From contig OZ253665.1 of NCBI GenBank assembly GCA_965263295.1, forward strand, positions 1,824,001 to 1,888,000: a stretch of 64,000 nucleotides of DNA. The letters run 5' to 3'. The notes beneath the pieces are model-generated. The model made no database searches, was not told the DNA's origin, and worked only from the letters and a program-made list of their open reading frames with translations. Positions 9,004 to 18,482 of the stretch are shown piece by piece. Source of the DNA: Spirochaetia bacterium. GTDB taxonomy: Bacteria > Spirochaetota > Spirochaetia > SP-2023. The translations under genes and the position numbers were made by a program. Numbering within the stretch: the first letter of the stretch is position 1; the number at the start of each line of letters is the position of its first letter.

Positions 9004-10476
9004 ATGTGGAATAAATTAAACTTGTCCATGATGTTTTGCCAGATGGTTTTTGGGCTATCTTATTACGGAGTCATGGTCTTGCTGACCCGTTTCTTCTTGG
9101 AACATCTAGGCTACAGCGAAGCAAATACCATGATGATCGTCGGGGCTTTCTCGGCCGTTGGCACTCTGTGTGCCATAATTGGCGGCGTCGTTGCCGACAG
9201 ATTCCTCGGTGCCTATCGCACGCTGACGTTCTCTGCGTTTTTCTTTATCATTGGCTACACTTGTCTCGTCTTCGGCGCATCGCTGCTGAGCATTCCGATG
9301 AGTCTGGCCGGTATCGCATTGGCCAGTTATAGCCAGGGCCTGCTCAAACCTTCCTACGCGAGCCTGTTCAAGCATACTTTCTCCTCTGCCGAGAACTTTG
9401 AGGCCTGCTATCCGATCAATTACTCCATTAACAACCTGGGCTCAATGACCAGTCGCTATCTGTTTCCCCTGCTCGTGCTGGCGATTGGTTACAACGGCGG
9501 TTTCAGTCTGTCCCTGATTGCTGTAGCCATGGCATTTGTCGTCCTGCTCCTACTGCGCAAGTCCATGCCGCGCGTCTCCACGCAGAGGGATCAGGATCCA
9601 GTCTGCGGCAAAAACTGGGTCATCTTCTTTGGCATCTGTGTCTTGATGTTTGCCCTGATATATTTCATGTTCTTTAACCTGGAGATCGGCAAAATAATCG
9701 TATACGTAGTTGGCGGCGCAGCGATTCTGTACTTGATCGTTCAGATCTTCCGCGGCACCAAGTCTGAAGGCTATCACATCGCTAGCATAGTGATTACAAC
9801 TCTGTTGACGATCTTCTTTTTCCTTTACTACGGCCAAATGATGACATCCATGACCATGGTGGCCATAAACGTCATGCGCGGCAAAATGTTTGGTTTTATT
9901 CCGTGGGCTCCTGAATCCCTAACTTTATTGAATCCGCTGTGGTGTGTCGTCGCCGGGCCCGTCATCGCCCTGGTCTTTCCCGCGCTGGAAAAACGCGGTA
10001 TTTCGTTTTCTCTCGTGACCAAAATAGCCATCGCCTTTATTCTGGTTGCTGTTTCTTTTGCCATATTGACTTTGGTTTGCTACAGCATCGGCGAAGAGCC
10101 CTTCGTTCGCCCGGAATTTTTTTTGCTTGTCTACTGTTTTATGTCCTTTGGTGAGGTAATCGTTGGCAGTTTTGTGGTGGCATTTTATCTGTCTGTCGCG
10201 CCAAAGTTTATCGAAAATTTCTCGGTGAGTATGTTCTACATTGCCATAGCAGTGGCCGGTATAATAGGGGCGGTATTTTCCACAAATATTGCCCTGGAGA
10301 AAGGTCAGGCAGTCACACAAGAAATCGTCCGCAATGTTTACGGCCATTATTTTTTACTGCTGACCATATTGGCCGTCGTTATGGTGCCGATTTCATTGCT
10401 TGTCTCTGCCATCGTGCGGAAAATGCTCGAAGCGGCCAAACGCTGCGACGAAGTGCAAACTGCCGAGGCCCAATAA
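9004..10476 (+). CDS. POT/PTR-family proton-dependent oligopeptide transporter
   Basis: SYYG, GGVVADRFLG, NYSINNLGS, LNPLW motifs; about 14 TM segments. Confidence 0.88.
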   Translation: MWNKLNLSMMFCQMVFGLSYYGVMVLLTRFFLEHLGYSEANTMMIVGAFSAVGTLCAIIGGVVADRFLGAYRTLTFSAFFFIIGYTCLVFGASLLSIPMSLAGIALASYSQGLLKPSYASLFKHTFSSAENFEACYPINYSINNLGSMTSRYLFPLLVLAIGYNGGFSLSLIAVAMAFVVLLLLRKSMPRVSTQRDQDPVCGKNWVIFFGICVLMFALIYFMFFNLEIGKIIVYVVGGAAILYLIVQIFRGTKSEGYHIASIVITTLLTIFFFLYYGQMMTSMTMVAINVMRGKMFGFIPWAPESLTLLNPLWCVVAGPVIALVFPALEKRGISFSLVTKIAIAFILVAVSFAILTLVCYSIGEEPFVRPEFFLLVYCFMSFGEVIVGSFVVAFYLSVAPKFIENFSVSMFYIAIAVAGIIGAVFSTNIALEKGQAVTQEIVRNVYGHYFLLLTILAVVMVPISLLVSAIVRKMLEAAKRCDEVQTAEAQ

Positions 10477-10481
10477 ACTTT
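10403..10481 (+). repeat. 79-bp direct repeat, copy 1 (3' end of the POT gene)
   Basis: Matches 11974-12052 with 3 mismatches (GCGG vs ACCA). Confidence 0.95.
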
Positions 10482-10599
10482 CAAATAAGCTAAATAGTCG
10501 GGAATACACCGTGTGCGATCCGATTCAAGTGATTGAAGAATCTGACAGCATTTTGTATATAAGTTGGAGTGAACCTTAATATTACAGTGTCTTCGGGCT

Positions 10600-10703
10600 A
10601 CCGACTTTTCTCAAGCTGGCTACTTGTCTCCGGCTATTTTGAGCTGTAATAACCGCAACCATTGACTCAAAGCGAATCCAACGTGCCATTGAGAAAAGTC
10701 GGT
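10600..10703. repeat. Long imperfect palindrome with 15-bp perfect terminal inverted repeats
   Basis: ACCGACTTTTCTCAA (10600-10614) / TTGAGAAAAGTCGGT (10689-10703); inner pairings TGGC/GCCA and TTTGAG/CTCAAA. Confidence 0.8.
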
Positions 10704-10718
10704 TTGAAAATGTGAAGC

Positions 10719-11720
10719 CTAGATCTGTGACTGAAAAAATTTTGTAATGCCTTTTACAGCGGGCCCAACATATTCAGGCTTCCAGTACAAGTCAAAGTGC
10801 CCGGCTCCCTCTAGAACAAGTTGTTCTTTCGGGCCACCTAAGGCGTCGTACATTCTCTGAGCTCCCTGTGCAGAAACAGCTTGGTCGCCGTAGACCATAT
10901 ATACAGGCAAGCCATCAAACATATATGCATAGTTATATATGGAAAAACTAGTCGACGGGCCATAAGATAGCAAGCTCAATTCATTTCTCCAATTGGGAAC
11001 ATCACCGGGTTTTCCCGGCAGGTAATAATCCATCATCCCAACGAAAATCGGCCGAGCATTCTTGGCTGCTTGTTCCGTCTCTGGTACAAGCGGGATTAAG
11101 GTGTTTTCGCCCGTTTCATAATACTTCTGTGCAGCTGCCGAAACTCCAGGCAAAATCTTTGTACGTATATTAGCTGAATTCCCTAGGTCTTGCAGCTGTT
11201 CTTCCGCCCCGGCGGTCAGGAAAGGGCTTATCACGGCCACCGCCTTGACTCTGGCGTCAAACGCGCTGGCGTAAAGGGCGTAGCCGGCTCCCGCACACAT
11301 GCCTAAGCTAAAAATATTATCCGCATCGACTTCTTCAAGCGTTCGCAGAAATCCGATGCCGTTGCCAATATCTTCCGCTATTCTGTAAGGGTTCAGCCAC
11401 TGAGCCAGTCCCTCACTTTCACCAAAGCCTCTGGGGTCAATCGCTAAAGTAATGAATCCCTCTTCACTTAACTGCTGAGCATATATTCCTATCGTTTGTT
11501 CCTTGACTCCGCTGGCAGGCGGATTAACAATGATCGCTGGAACCTTCTGCCCCTTGGTATAGCCTTTGGGGATATAGAGATTGCCGACTACTCTTTCACC
11601 GCTGCTCAGATAACTAACTTTATTGACTCCTGGGTTGGTGGTAACCAATGCAGAACTCTGACAGCCGATGTTGGCCGCCACCGACAATACCAGAGTTGCA
11701 ATTCCCATAAATTTATTCAT
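10719..11720 (-). CDS. Alpha/beta-hydrolase lipoprotein (YcjY/DLH-like, Cys nucleophile)
   Basis: Lipobox-like ANIG|C; GVKEQT, DPRGFGESEG, nucleophile elbow GMCAG, catalytic His in GAGHFDLY. Confidence 0.85.
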   Translation of the reverse strand: MNKFMGIATLVLSVAANIGCQSSALVTTNPGVNKVSYLSSGERVVGNLYIPKGYTKGQKVPAIIVNPPASGVKEQTIGIYAQQLSEEGFITLAIDPRGFGESEGLAQWLNPYRIAEDIGNGIGFLRTLEEVDADNIFSLGMCAGAGYALYASAFDARVKAVAVISPFLTAGAEEQLQDLGNSANIRTKILPGVSAAAQKYYETGENTLIPLVPETEQAAKNARPIFVGMMDYYLPGKPGDVPNWRNELSLLSYGPSTSFSIYNYAYMFDGLPVYMVYGDQAVSAQGAQRMYDALGGPKEQLVLEGAGHFDLYWKPEYVGPAVKGITKFFQSQI

Positions 11721-11973
11721 GTTGTTGCTCCTTCATTCACGAAATAATCTCATCATATTTGACCCAAGGATATTTAATAAGAGAGAAATATTCAAGATAA
11801 AGTTCATACAAATCAAAATTATACGCGGATATGTATAATTTTTAGCTCTGATTGTGCTAGTATTAATGGTGATATTGTAATATAAATGAATATATCTTAT
11901 GTCTTTATAAAAAAATTTAAATTATAATTGATAATTTAAAAATTTATCTTTATAATTATAAATTAAATTTTTA

Positions 11974-12052
11974 TCTCTGCCATCGTACCAAAAATGCTCG
12001 AAGCGGCCAAACGCTGCGACGAAGTGCAAACTGCCGAGGCCCAATAAACTTT
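11974..12052 (+). repeat. 79-bp direct repeat, copy 2
   Basis: Duplicate of the POT gene 3' end including the TAA, followed by 12-bp tandem units (ACTTTAAAATGA GCTTTCAAATGA ACTTTCAAGTAA). Confidence 0.95.
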
Positions 12053-12163
12053 AAAATGAGCTTTCAAATGAACTTTCAAGTAAGCTTTATCAGGTAGGAG
12101 CGTTACTTGGTAGGTCAATTTGATAATCAATTTAAATTTATCAATTTATATAAGGAGTTCATC

Positions 12164-13657
12164 ATGTCTGAATCACATCCGCAAATTTGCGACTTGTCAC
12201 CGACTCCGGTGTGGAAATTTTTTGCCCAGATCTGTTCCATCCCCCACCCTTCCGAGCACGAGGAAAGCCTGGCGCAGTACATTGTGAGCTGGGCTGAGCA
12301 GCAAGGCCTGCCAGTGCGCCGCGACGCTGCCGGCAACGTCTTCATAAAAAAACCGGCGACTCCCGGCATGGAAAACAAAAAGGGTCTTGTCCTGCAATCC
12401 CACCTTGATATGGTGCCGCAGAAGAATGAAGATACCCTCCATGACTTTGTCAAAGATCCGATCCAACCATACGTCGACGGCGGGTGGGTAAAGGCCAGGG
12501 GGACGACTCTGGGCTCCGACAACGGTATCGGCGTGTCTGTGTGTCTGGCCGTGCTGGCTGCTGGCGATATTGAGCACGGCCCGCTTGAAGTTTTGCTGAC
12601 TGTCGATGAAGAATCGGGCATGACGGGTGCTTTCGGGCTCCAGTCTGGCTGGCTGGAGGGTGATATCCTTCTGAACATTGACTCAGAACAGGAGGGGGAA
12701 GTCTACATGGGTTGTGCCGGCGGCATTGACGGCGTAATGACTTTTGCCGTGGAGCGCACGGCAATTCCGGCGGGCTATGCAACTCGCCAGCTGAGCCTGA
12801 AAGGCCTGAAAGGTGGCCATTCTGGCTGTGACATCCACCTGGGACGCGGCAACGCGAACAAGCTGATGGCCCGTTTCCTGGCGGCTCACGCGCCAGAATT
12901 AGGTCTGCGCCTAGTGGAATTCCGTGGCGGCAGCGTGCGGAACGCGATCCCGCGCGAAGCATTTGCAGTAGTGGCTGTGCCGGCGAGAAACGAAGCCAGG
13001 CTGATGGAATTATTTGACTCTTATGCCCGCCTCCTGACTCAAGAACTCGCTAAGGTAGAAACGGGCATCATTGCCGGCAACACGCCAGTAAAAGCCGCCT
13101 TTCCGGCCTTGAGTGCTGGGGCGCAGCAGAATTTCATCGCGGCGCTGAACGCAAGTCCCAATGGCGTGGTCCGCATGAGCGACGAAATAGAAGGTGTCGT
13201 GGAAACTTCTCTGAACGTCGGCGTCATCGAAACGTCAGGAGATAATATCACGGTAACTTATCTGGTCCGTTCCCTGATCAGTTCTGGACGCGGTCAGGTG
13301 GAAAGCATGCTAACTTCTCTCGCCGAGCTTGCGGGCGCAAAGATGGAGTTCTCTGGGGCCTACCCTGGCTGGGAACCAGATACCGATTCGGAAATCATGG
13401 CGATTTTCCGCGACGTTTACGAAGATCTCTACGGTCGCAAGCCCAAAATAATGGTGATTCACGCTGGCCTTGAGTGCGGCCTGTTTAAAGAACCTTATCC
13501 AGGGATGGACATGATTTCCTTTGGCCCGACGATAAAATCCCCTCATTCTCCAGACGAGAAAGTCAAGATTGACAGCGTTCAGCTGGTTTGGCAGCAGATG
13601 CTCGCCCTTTTGGCGGCGGCTCCTGAGCAAGACTCTAAGCCGGTACAAAAAGTCTGA
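12164..13657 (+). CDS. pepD: Aminoacyl-histidine dipeptidase (family M20C)
   Basis: QSHLDMV, TLGSDNGIG, DEESGM, GGHSG, IHAGLECG, HSPDE; AAGGAG SD before ATG 12164. Confidence 0.95.
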   Translation: MSESHPQICDLSPTPVWKFFAQICSIPHPSEHEESLAQYIVSWAEQQGLPVRRDAAGNVFIKKPATPGMENKKGLVLQSHLDMVPQKNEDTLHDFVKDPIQPYVDGGWVKARGTTLGSDNGIGVSVCLAVLAAGDIEHGPLEVLLTVDEESGMTGAFGLQSGWLEGDILLNIDSEQEGEVYMGCAGGIDGVMTFAVERTAIPAGYATRQLSLKGLKGGHSGCDIHLGRGNANKLMARFLAAHAPELGLRLVEFRGGSVRNAIPREAFAVVAVPARNEARLMELFDSYARLLTQELAKVETGIIAGNTPVKAAFPALSAGAQQNFIAALNASPNGVVRMSDEIEGVVETSLNVGVIETSGDNITVTYLVRSLISSGRGQVESMLTSLAELAGAKMEFSGAYPGWEPDTDSEIMAIFRDVYEDLYGRKPKIMVIHAGLECGLFKEPYPGMDMISFGPTIKSPHSPDEKVKIDSVQLVWQQMLALLAAAPEQDSKPVQKV

Positions 13658-13716
13658 GCTCGCGCCACCGTTTTACTTGAAAAAATATTTTTGCTTTCGC
13701 AGCAGGTAGTCGAACC

Positions 13717-14448
13717 ATGAAGACGACAACCACAGCAGCAGAGATCAAACATTCGTTTAGAATGCCAACCGTTTATACCATTTTATTTGCGATTATTGTG
13801 TTGGTCGCCTCGCTGACCTGGATAGTGCCGGCGGGCAAGTACGACTCCATTATCGACGGAAGCGATCAGGTGCTGCCGGCCGAGCAAGTGCTCAATTATG
13901 CCGGAAGCGAACGCCTGTTGCCTGTCCCTGGGACTTACCGGCAGCTGCCCGCTCGGCCACAAGGGGTAAGCGCGGTGATGATGGCGCCGATCAGAGGCTT
14001 TGCCAAGGCGATTGACATTGCCCTGTTTGTCTTGATTATTGGCGGTTTCCTCGCTGTGACAATGAGTACTGGAGCGATCAGCTCCACGATGACTGCGATT
14101 GTCCGCAGATTCCGCGGCCGTGAGTACATGATGATCCCGGTCCTGATAGCGGTGTTTGCCCTGTGCGGGTCGACTTGGGGCATGTGCGAAGAAACCGTGG
14201 CCTTTTGGGCGGTGATCCTGCCCGTGCTGGTGGCTGCCGGTTACGACCGCATGGTGGCGGCAGGGGTCATACTGCTGGGCTCAGGTGTCGGGGTTTTGGC
14301 ATCGACGACTAACCCTTTCTGCGTCGGCATCGCCTCAGGTTTTGCCGGCTTGTCCATTGGCGACGGTATCGTTTTGCGTGTGATTCATCTGCTGCTGCTG
14401 ATTGTGCTGACTTCCTGGTTTGTCATGCGCTACGCTTCCAAGGTGAAG
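13717..14448 (+). pseudogene. YfcC/DcuC-like transporter, 3'-truncated and fused in frame to an IS remnant
   Basis: MPTVYTIL, TWIVPAGKY, GMCEET, STTNPF motifs; similarity ends at YASKVK, after which the frame reads as transposase. Confidence 0.85.
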
Positions 14449-14931
14449 GCACACCGCACGGCATCAAGCCTCAAAAAAGGGGGCGAGCCACGCTTGATCG
14501 GGCGTACCATTTTCAATATATTTGGAGGTATGAATAGCAAATTGCATGTTCTGAGCGATGGTGCAGGGCGCCCGATTTGGCTGCATTTGAGCGAAAGCCA
14601 TAGAAGTGATTTCAAAGGTGAGATGTGTTGCTTTCTGAGTTGCCGGCGGCGCAAGTGCTGATTGCGGATCGGGGCTACGATAGCTTGAGAGTAAGAAAAA
14701 TGCTTGCAGATCAGAATATAGGGAGTTGTATTCCCTGTCGTAGGAACCGTAAGTAACCAATAACATATTGTAAAACGAGTTATAAAAAGCGCCATACAGT
14801 TGAGAATATTTTTGCTAGACTAAAAGACTGGCGGCGTATTGCGATGCGATATGATCGTTGCGCACACACTTTTGAGTCGGCAATTTAAATCGCGACAATC
14901 GTCTTGTTCTGGATATGAGTCCTGAGCCTAG
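14446..14931 (+). mobile_element. IS5-family (IS427-like group) transposase remnant with right end
   Basis: KAHRTASSLKKGG (AAAAAAGGGGG slippery site), GGMNSKLHVLSDGAGRP, ADRGYDS, KRHTVENIFARLKDWRRIAMRYDR with a frameshift and stops; end ...ATGAGTCCTGAGCCTAG. Confidence 0.88.
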
Positions 14932-14950
14932 ACAAATAAAGGAATCAACA

Positions 14951-15202
14951 ATGATTAAAAACAAAATAGCGCGAATCAGTTTGTCAAGTGGCTTAATCGG
15001 TTTATTGTTTACGAATCCACGCAGAGCAATTGATAATTGCATTGAGTCGCACAATAATGACGGTTGGCGAGCTACTTTTATCCTGCCGCACTCTGAACGG
15101 AATATTCTTGTCTTTGCGCTACAGATCTTAGTTTTATTATGTACTTTAGGCTTATGGACATGGGGTGCTGGTTATCTCATTATGTTTGAAAAAGATATAT
15201 AA
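14951..15202 (+). CDS. Small hypothetical membrane protein (83 aa)
   Basis: AAGGA SD before ATG 14951; C-terminal hydrophobic segment. Confidence 0.6.
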   Translation: MIKNKIARISLSSGLIGLLFTNPRRAIDNCIESHNNDGWRATFILPHSERNILVFALQILVLLCTLGLWTWGAGYLIMFEKDI

Positions 15203-15371
15203 GAAACGTTCTTTGCGGGTCAATTTGAGTCGTCAGCTAATGAATAACTTAGTTCTCGTCTTCTTCAATTGCAATTTCAACGGTGCACTTGGCATTTTCC
15301 AAGAGTTGCTTTAATTGTTTGTGAAGCTCGAAAGATTCGGTAGCTTTTGCAGGATTTTTTGTTGCTAGGGT

Positions 15372-15641
15372 GTGAAATTGCACTACTCTTATCCCGCGCC
15401 TGTGCCGGAATCAATACACCAAATGGCCGGAGAATACTCAGAAAGTGTTTACTTGCAAATTGGATTTATTGGAGCGGTAAGATTTGATTTCATTTTCTCC
15501 AAAACTGGAAAGTTGTTTATGCTTGAAGCAAATACTGTCCCTGGTCTTTCAAAAGATGGCAATCTCGCTGCAATCTGGAGTGGCATGGGCCGTCTCTATG
15601 ATGACCTGATTGAATTGCTCATCCCCAGTAAAGGTAGCTGA
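15372..15641 (+). pseudogene. C-terminal fragment of a D-Ala-D-Ala ligase-like ATP-grasp enzyme
   Basis: PAPVP...AVRFDFI...MLEANTVPGLS C-terminal motifs; most of the N-terminal part is absent. Confidence 0.8.
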
Positions 15642-15671
15642 AAAAAGGGTTGAAGAAAGGAGTTAGAAGTC

Positions 15672-16286
15672 GTGGCGAATAAATATCCCGTCCCGTTTTT
15701 TTCTCAAATACCCAACTGGAAAGGGGAGGCCTCCGGCTTTCCGAGTGACGAGCTAGAAAAGCATTGGGGGCCGTGTGGCTGTGGTATCGCGTGCCTTCGA
15801 ATGGCGGTAAATGCCTTCAGTAATGACACTCGCGCGCTTGAGCGCTCTTACTGGGATTGGATTGAGTTGGGCATTCAAAGAGGCGCATACTGTGAGCGGG
15901 GGTGGATACACGACGGTATCCGTGATCTTGCGCGAGAAGCGGGAGTTGGCAGCGAAAGCTTTAGAGCTGAGGAGCTGGCATTCATTTTCGAAAAAATTGA
16001 AGCTGGCAACCTGGTCATGGCTTCTGTGACGCTGGGGTTTGCAGGCGGAATCAAAGGCGGAATCAAAGGCGGAATCAAAGACGGAATCATCGGAGAGGAC
16101 AAACGCAAGCGAGATAAGGGGGGACATTTGGCTTTGGCTATCGACATCATTGATGGTGAGCTCGTGTTCCACCATCCTAGCAGCCGCGCGCCATTGAACT
16201 GGGTCGCCAAGGCGATTCAACGAGAAAGAGTTGAGGCATCATTCTCTGGCAATGGGGTGACATTCTTTAAAAATGATTCGAGCTAA
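15672..16286 (+). CDS. C39-like (papain-fold) cysteine peptidase family protein
   Basis: VPFFSQ, CGIACLRM (Cys), GGHLAL (His); contains a GGIK tandem repeat. Confidence 0.7.
   Translation: MANKYPVPFFSQIPNWKGEASGFPSDELEKHWGPCGCGIACLRMAVNAFSNDTRALERSYWDWIELGIQRGAYCERGWIHDGIRDLAREAGVGSESFRAEELAFIFEKIEAGNLVMASVTLGFAGGIKGGIKGGIKDGIIGEDKRKRDKGGHLALAIDIIDGELVFHHPSSRAPLNWVAKAIQRERVEASFSGNGVTFFKNDSS
16044..16089 (+). repeat. 12-bp in-frame tandem repeat (GGCGGAATCAAA x3 plus a degenerate unit)
   Basis: Seen directly; encodes GGIKGGIKGGIKDGI. Confidence 0.9.
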
Positions 16287-16401
16287 GTAAGCTAGGTAAA
16301 AAAAAGAAAATGCCCAACACTATGACTTGGGGTCATTGAGGGCATAGACAGAAAATAGTTTTTCTTTGCGCCATGACTACCAATAGTCAATCCCGCGCGG
16401 T

Positions 16402-17364
16402 CTACAGTACGCTCTTGAGCTGTCCCAGTTCGGTGATTATGACGTCGGGTTCAGTGGAGGCAACTGCGGGCACATCGCGGCGCAAACGCAGCGAACGTTC
16501 GTCGCCAGCGAACAGAGCCGTGCGAAAACCGACTTGGGCGGCTCCCCAAATGTCGTTGTGCATATCGTTGCCGAGGTAGACGATTTCCTTGGGCTCTAAG
16601 TCATGCAGGGCCAGGGCCCTTTGTGCCGCGGCAAATAGCTCGGGCTGAGGTTTGCTGCAGTCGTGGCGATAAGACCAGAACGACAGTTCGGGCGATATGT
16701 TTAGGTCGGCCAGATCCGCGACACCCAGTAAACCAGTCATAATGATTGGAGTGTAGAACTGGGCGTTGGAGATAATGCCGACATAAAAGTTGCGGGCTAC
16801 CAGCCAGTGCAATAATTCCTGGGCGCCGGGCATCAACTGTACGTGGTTGTGCCGCAGCTCGTATTCCAGGGCGAAGCGCGCCAGGATAAACGGGCTGAGG
16901 CTGCCGTGCATATCTTTTTCAAGTTGTCGCAAAAAAATGCTGTGCCAAAGTGTGATGACGTCGACCTCTGGATATTGCAGTTTGGGGCTTTTCAATTCCT
17001 TATGTCGTTCCTGAATTGCCGTCTGTAGCGACTGGGTGGGGGCGAAGTTTGGCGGAAGGGAAGAGCGCAGCAGCTCCGGCAGACTTTGCAAGGTCTGCTG
17101 GTCTAACAGGTTTACAGATTGCGGCTGCTCAATTTTCGGCCGGGAGTCATTGCTTGCCAGTATCTCTCCGGCTCTAGAAATCAATAGGGTGCCATAAATA
17201 TCAAACAATACACCGCGCACGTTATCTAAAAGACTGAGTTTGGACTTTGTTTCAGTAGGGATAGGTTGCAAGGGCATTGCGCGACTGCGAACTTGCTCTT
17301 GCAGGCGCAGCCAGTCGTTAGGCTCCAGCATTTGTTCCAGTTGTTTTGAGTTCCATATTTGCAT
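16402..17364 (-). CDS. HAD-superfamily hydrolase
   Basis: FDIYGTL, ISNAQ, SKPQP, GNDMHND motifs; start placed at ATG 17364. Confidence 0.85.
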   Translation of the reverse strand: MQIWNSKQLEQMLEPNDWLRLQEQVRSRAMPLQPIPTETKSKLSLLDNVRGVLFDIYGTLLISRAGEILASNDSRPKIEQPQSVNLLDQQTLQSLPELLRSSLPPNFAPTQSLQTAIQERHKELKSPKLQYPEVDVITLWHSIFLRQLEKDMHGSLSPFILARFALEYELRHNHVQLMPGAQELLHWLVARNFYVGIISNAQFYTPIIMTGLLGVADLADLNISPELSFWSYRHDCSKPQPELFAAAQRALALHDLEPKEIVYLGNDMHNDIWGAAQVGFRTALFAGDERSLRLRRDVPAVASTEPDVIITELGQLKSVL

Positions 17365-17390
17365 GATTTTTTCCTTTGAACAGTTGGGAT

Positions 17391-18230
17391 TCAGTCTTTC
17401 CACGGGAAAATAAAGTTGCGCAGGCTGCGTGGGCCGATGCGTTCTCGTTCTTCGCGCAGCATTACCCGCCACGGAATTTTAACTTTTTGGCGTTTGCCAT
17501 TTTTTTGCAGTAGTTCTTCTTTGGGCAGTTGCTGCAGGTATTGGTATTTGTAATACAGAATGCGCAGACTGACTTCGTACCATAGCCCCAGGCCGGCCCA
17601 ACCGAAAAATAACGCAAGGGGGGGGACAAAAGAGGCGGCCAATAATATTGTGGCCACTAGTGTCAAGCCAATTGTCAGAAACAAGTTGTCCAGGCAGACG
17701 AAAAAACTTTGGCGCAGGGCCTTGATTACGGCAAAATCCTCGCGTATCAGCATGGGGAAATAGTAGCCGAAACTAAGTAAAAATAGCAGTGCCAGCCAGA
17801 ACAAAAGCCCGATTGCGAACAGGCTAAGTATGCTGCTTTGCTGACTGTAGAAGCGCCAGCTGACGTAATAAATGCCGCTGCACAACACTGCCAGCAGGTC
17901 CAGTCGCAGAGCGGCGGACAGGCTGGGCTTACACCAGGCGCGTCGCAGGCTATCTTTCCAGTCACTGCGTTCATATTTGGCAATTGCGTAGTTACTTAGG
18001 GCATAGGCGTGCTGCAGGACGGTCAGCAGGAATAAGCCCAAGAAAATTAAGGTAAAACTGAGCGTCGTGGTTACGGCTGGATTCCATTGGTTCAGGAAAC
18101 TGCCCGGCAATAATTGCAGCAGGTAAAAACTGCCGCCCAGGAGCAGCAAGGAAAGTACGTTAAACAAGGTAATGGTCAGTAGGTGGTCCCACAAGTTCCA
18201 GAACCATTTTATGATTTGAAAGCCAAACAT
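17391..18230 (-). CDS. Hypothetical polytopic membrane protein
   Basis: 279-aa ORF with about 6 TM segments; conserved-looking C-terminus RSLRNFIFPWKD. Confidence 0.75.
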   Translation of the reverse strand: MFGFQIIKWFWNLWDHLLTITLFNVLSLLLLGGSFYLLQLLPGSFLNQWNPAVTTTLSFTLIFLGLFLLTVLQHAYALSNYAIAKYERSDWKDSLRRAWCKPSLSAALRLDLLAVLCSGIYYVSWRFYSQQSSILSLFAIGLLFWLALLFLLSFGYYFPMLIREDFAVIKALRQSFFVCLDNLFLTIGLTLVATILLAASFVPPLALFFGWAGLGLWYEVSLRILYYKYQYLQQLPKEELLQKNGKRQKVKIPWRVMLREERERIGPRSLRNFIFPWKD

Positions 18231-18348
18231 AATAGCCCATTATAGGGAACAGGGTTTGAATGGGAAAGTATAGTTTTCATCGTGGTCAATGAATTTTAGT
18301 GCATTGAGGTGTGCGAGATCTGGACTGGGGCAAAATTAGTCAAAAACC

Positions 18349-18377
18349 TTGCTTTCGCAAGGTATGCCGTATATACT
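18349..18377 (+). promoter_or_regulatory. Sigma70-type promoter
   Basis: TTGCTT-17 nt-TATACT upstream of the MMPL gene. Confidence 0.5.
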
Positions 18378-18482
18378 CAGTCTTCAGAAGACTGGCAACT
18401 GTAGCCATTTATATTTTATATAGTGCACGCTTGTTGTATTTAAGATTGATCTTTCAGGTAGAAACCAAATATAAATGTACTG

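Noticed and set aside
10600..10718. Integron attC site
   Set aside because: RYYYAAC/GTTRRRY cores are absent and there is no intI or cassette array; kept only as an unexplained palindrome.
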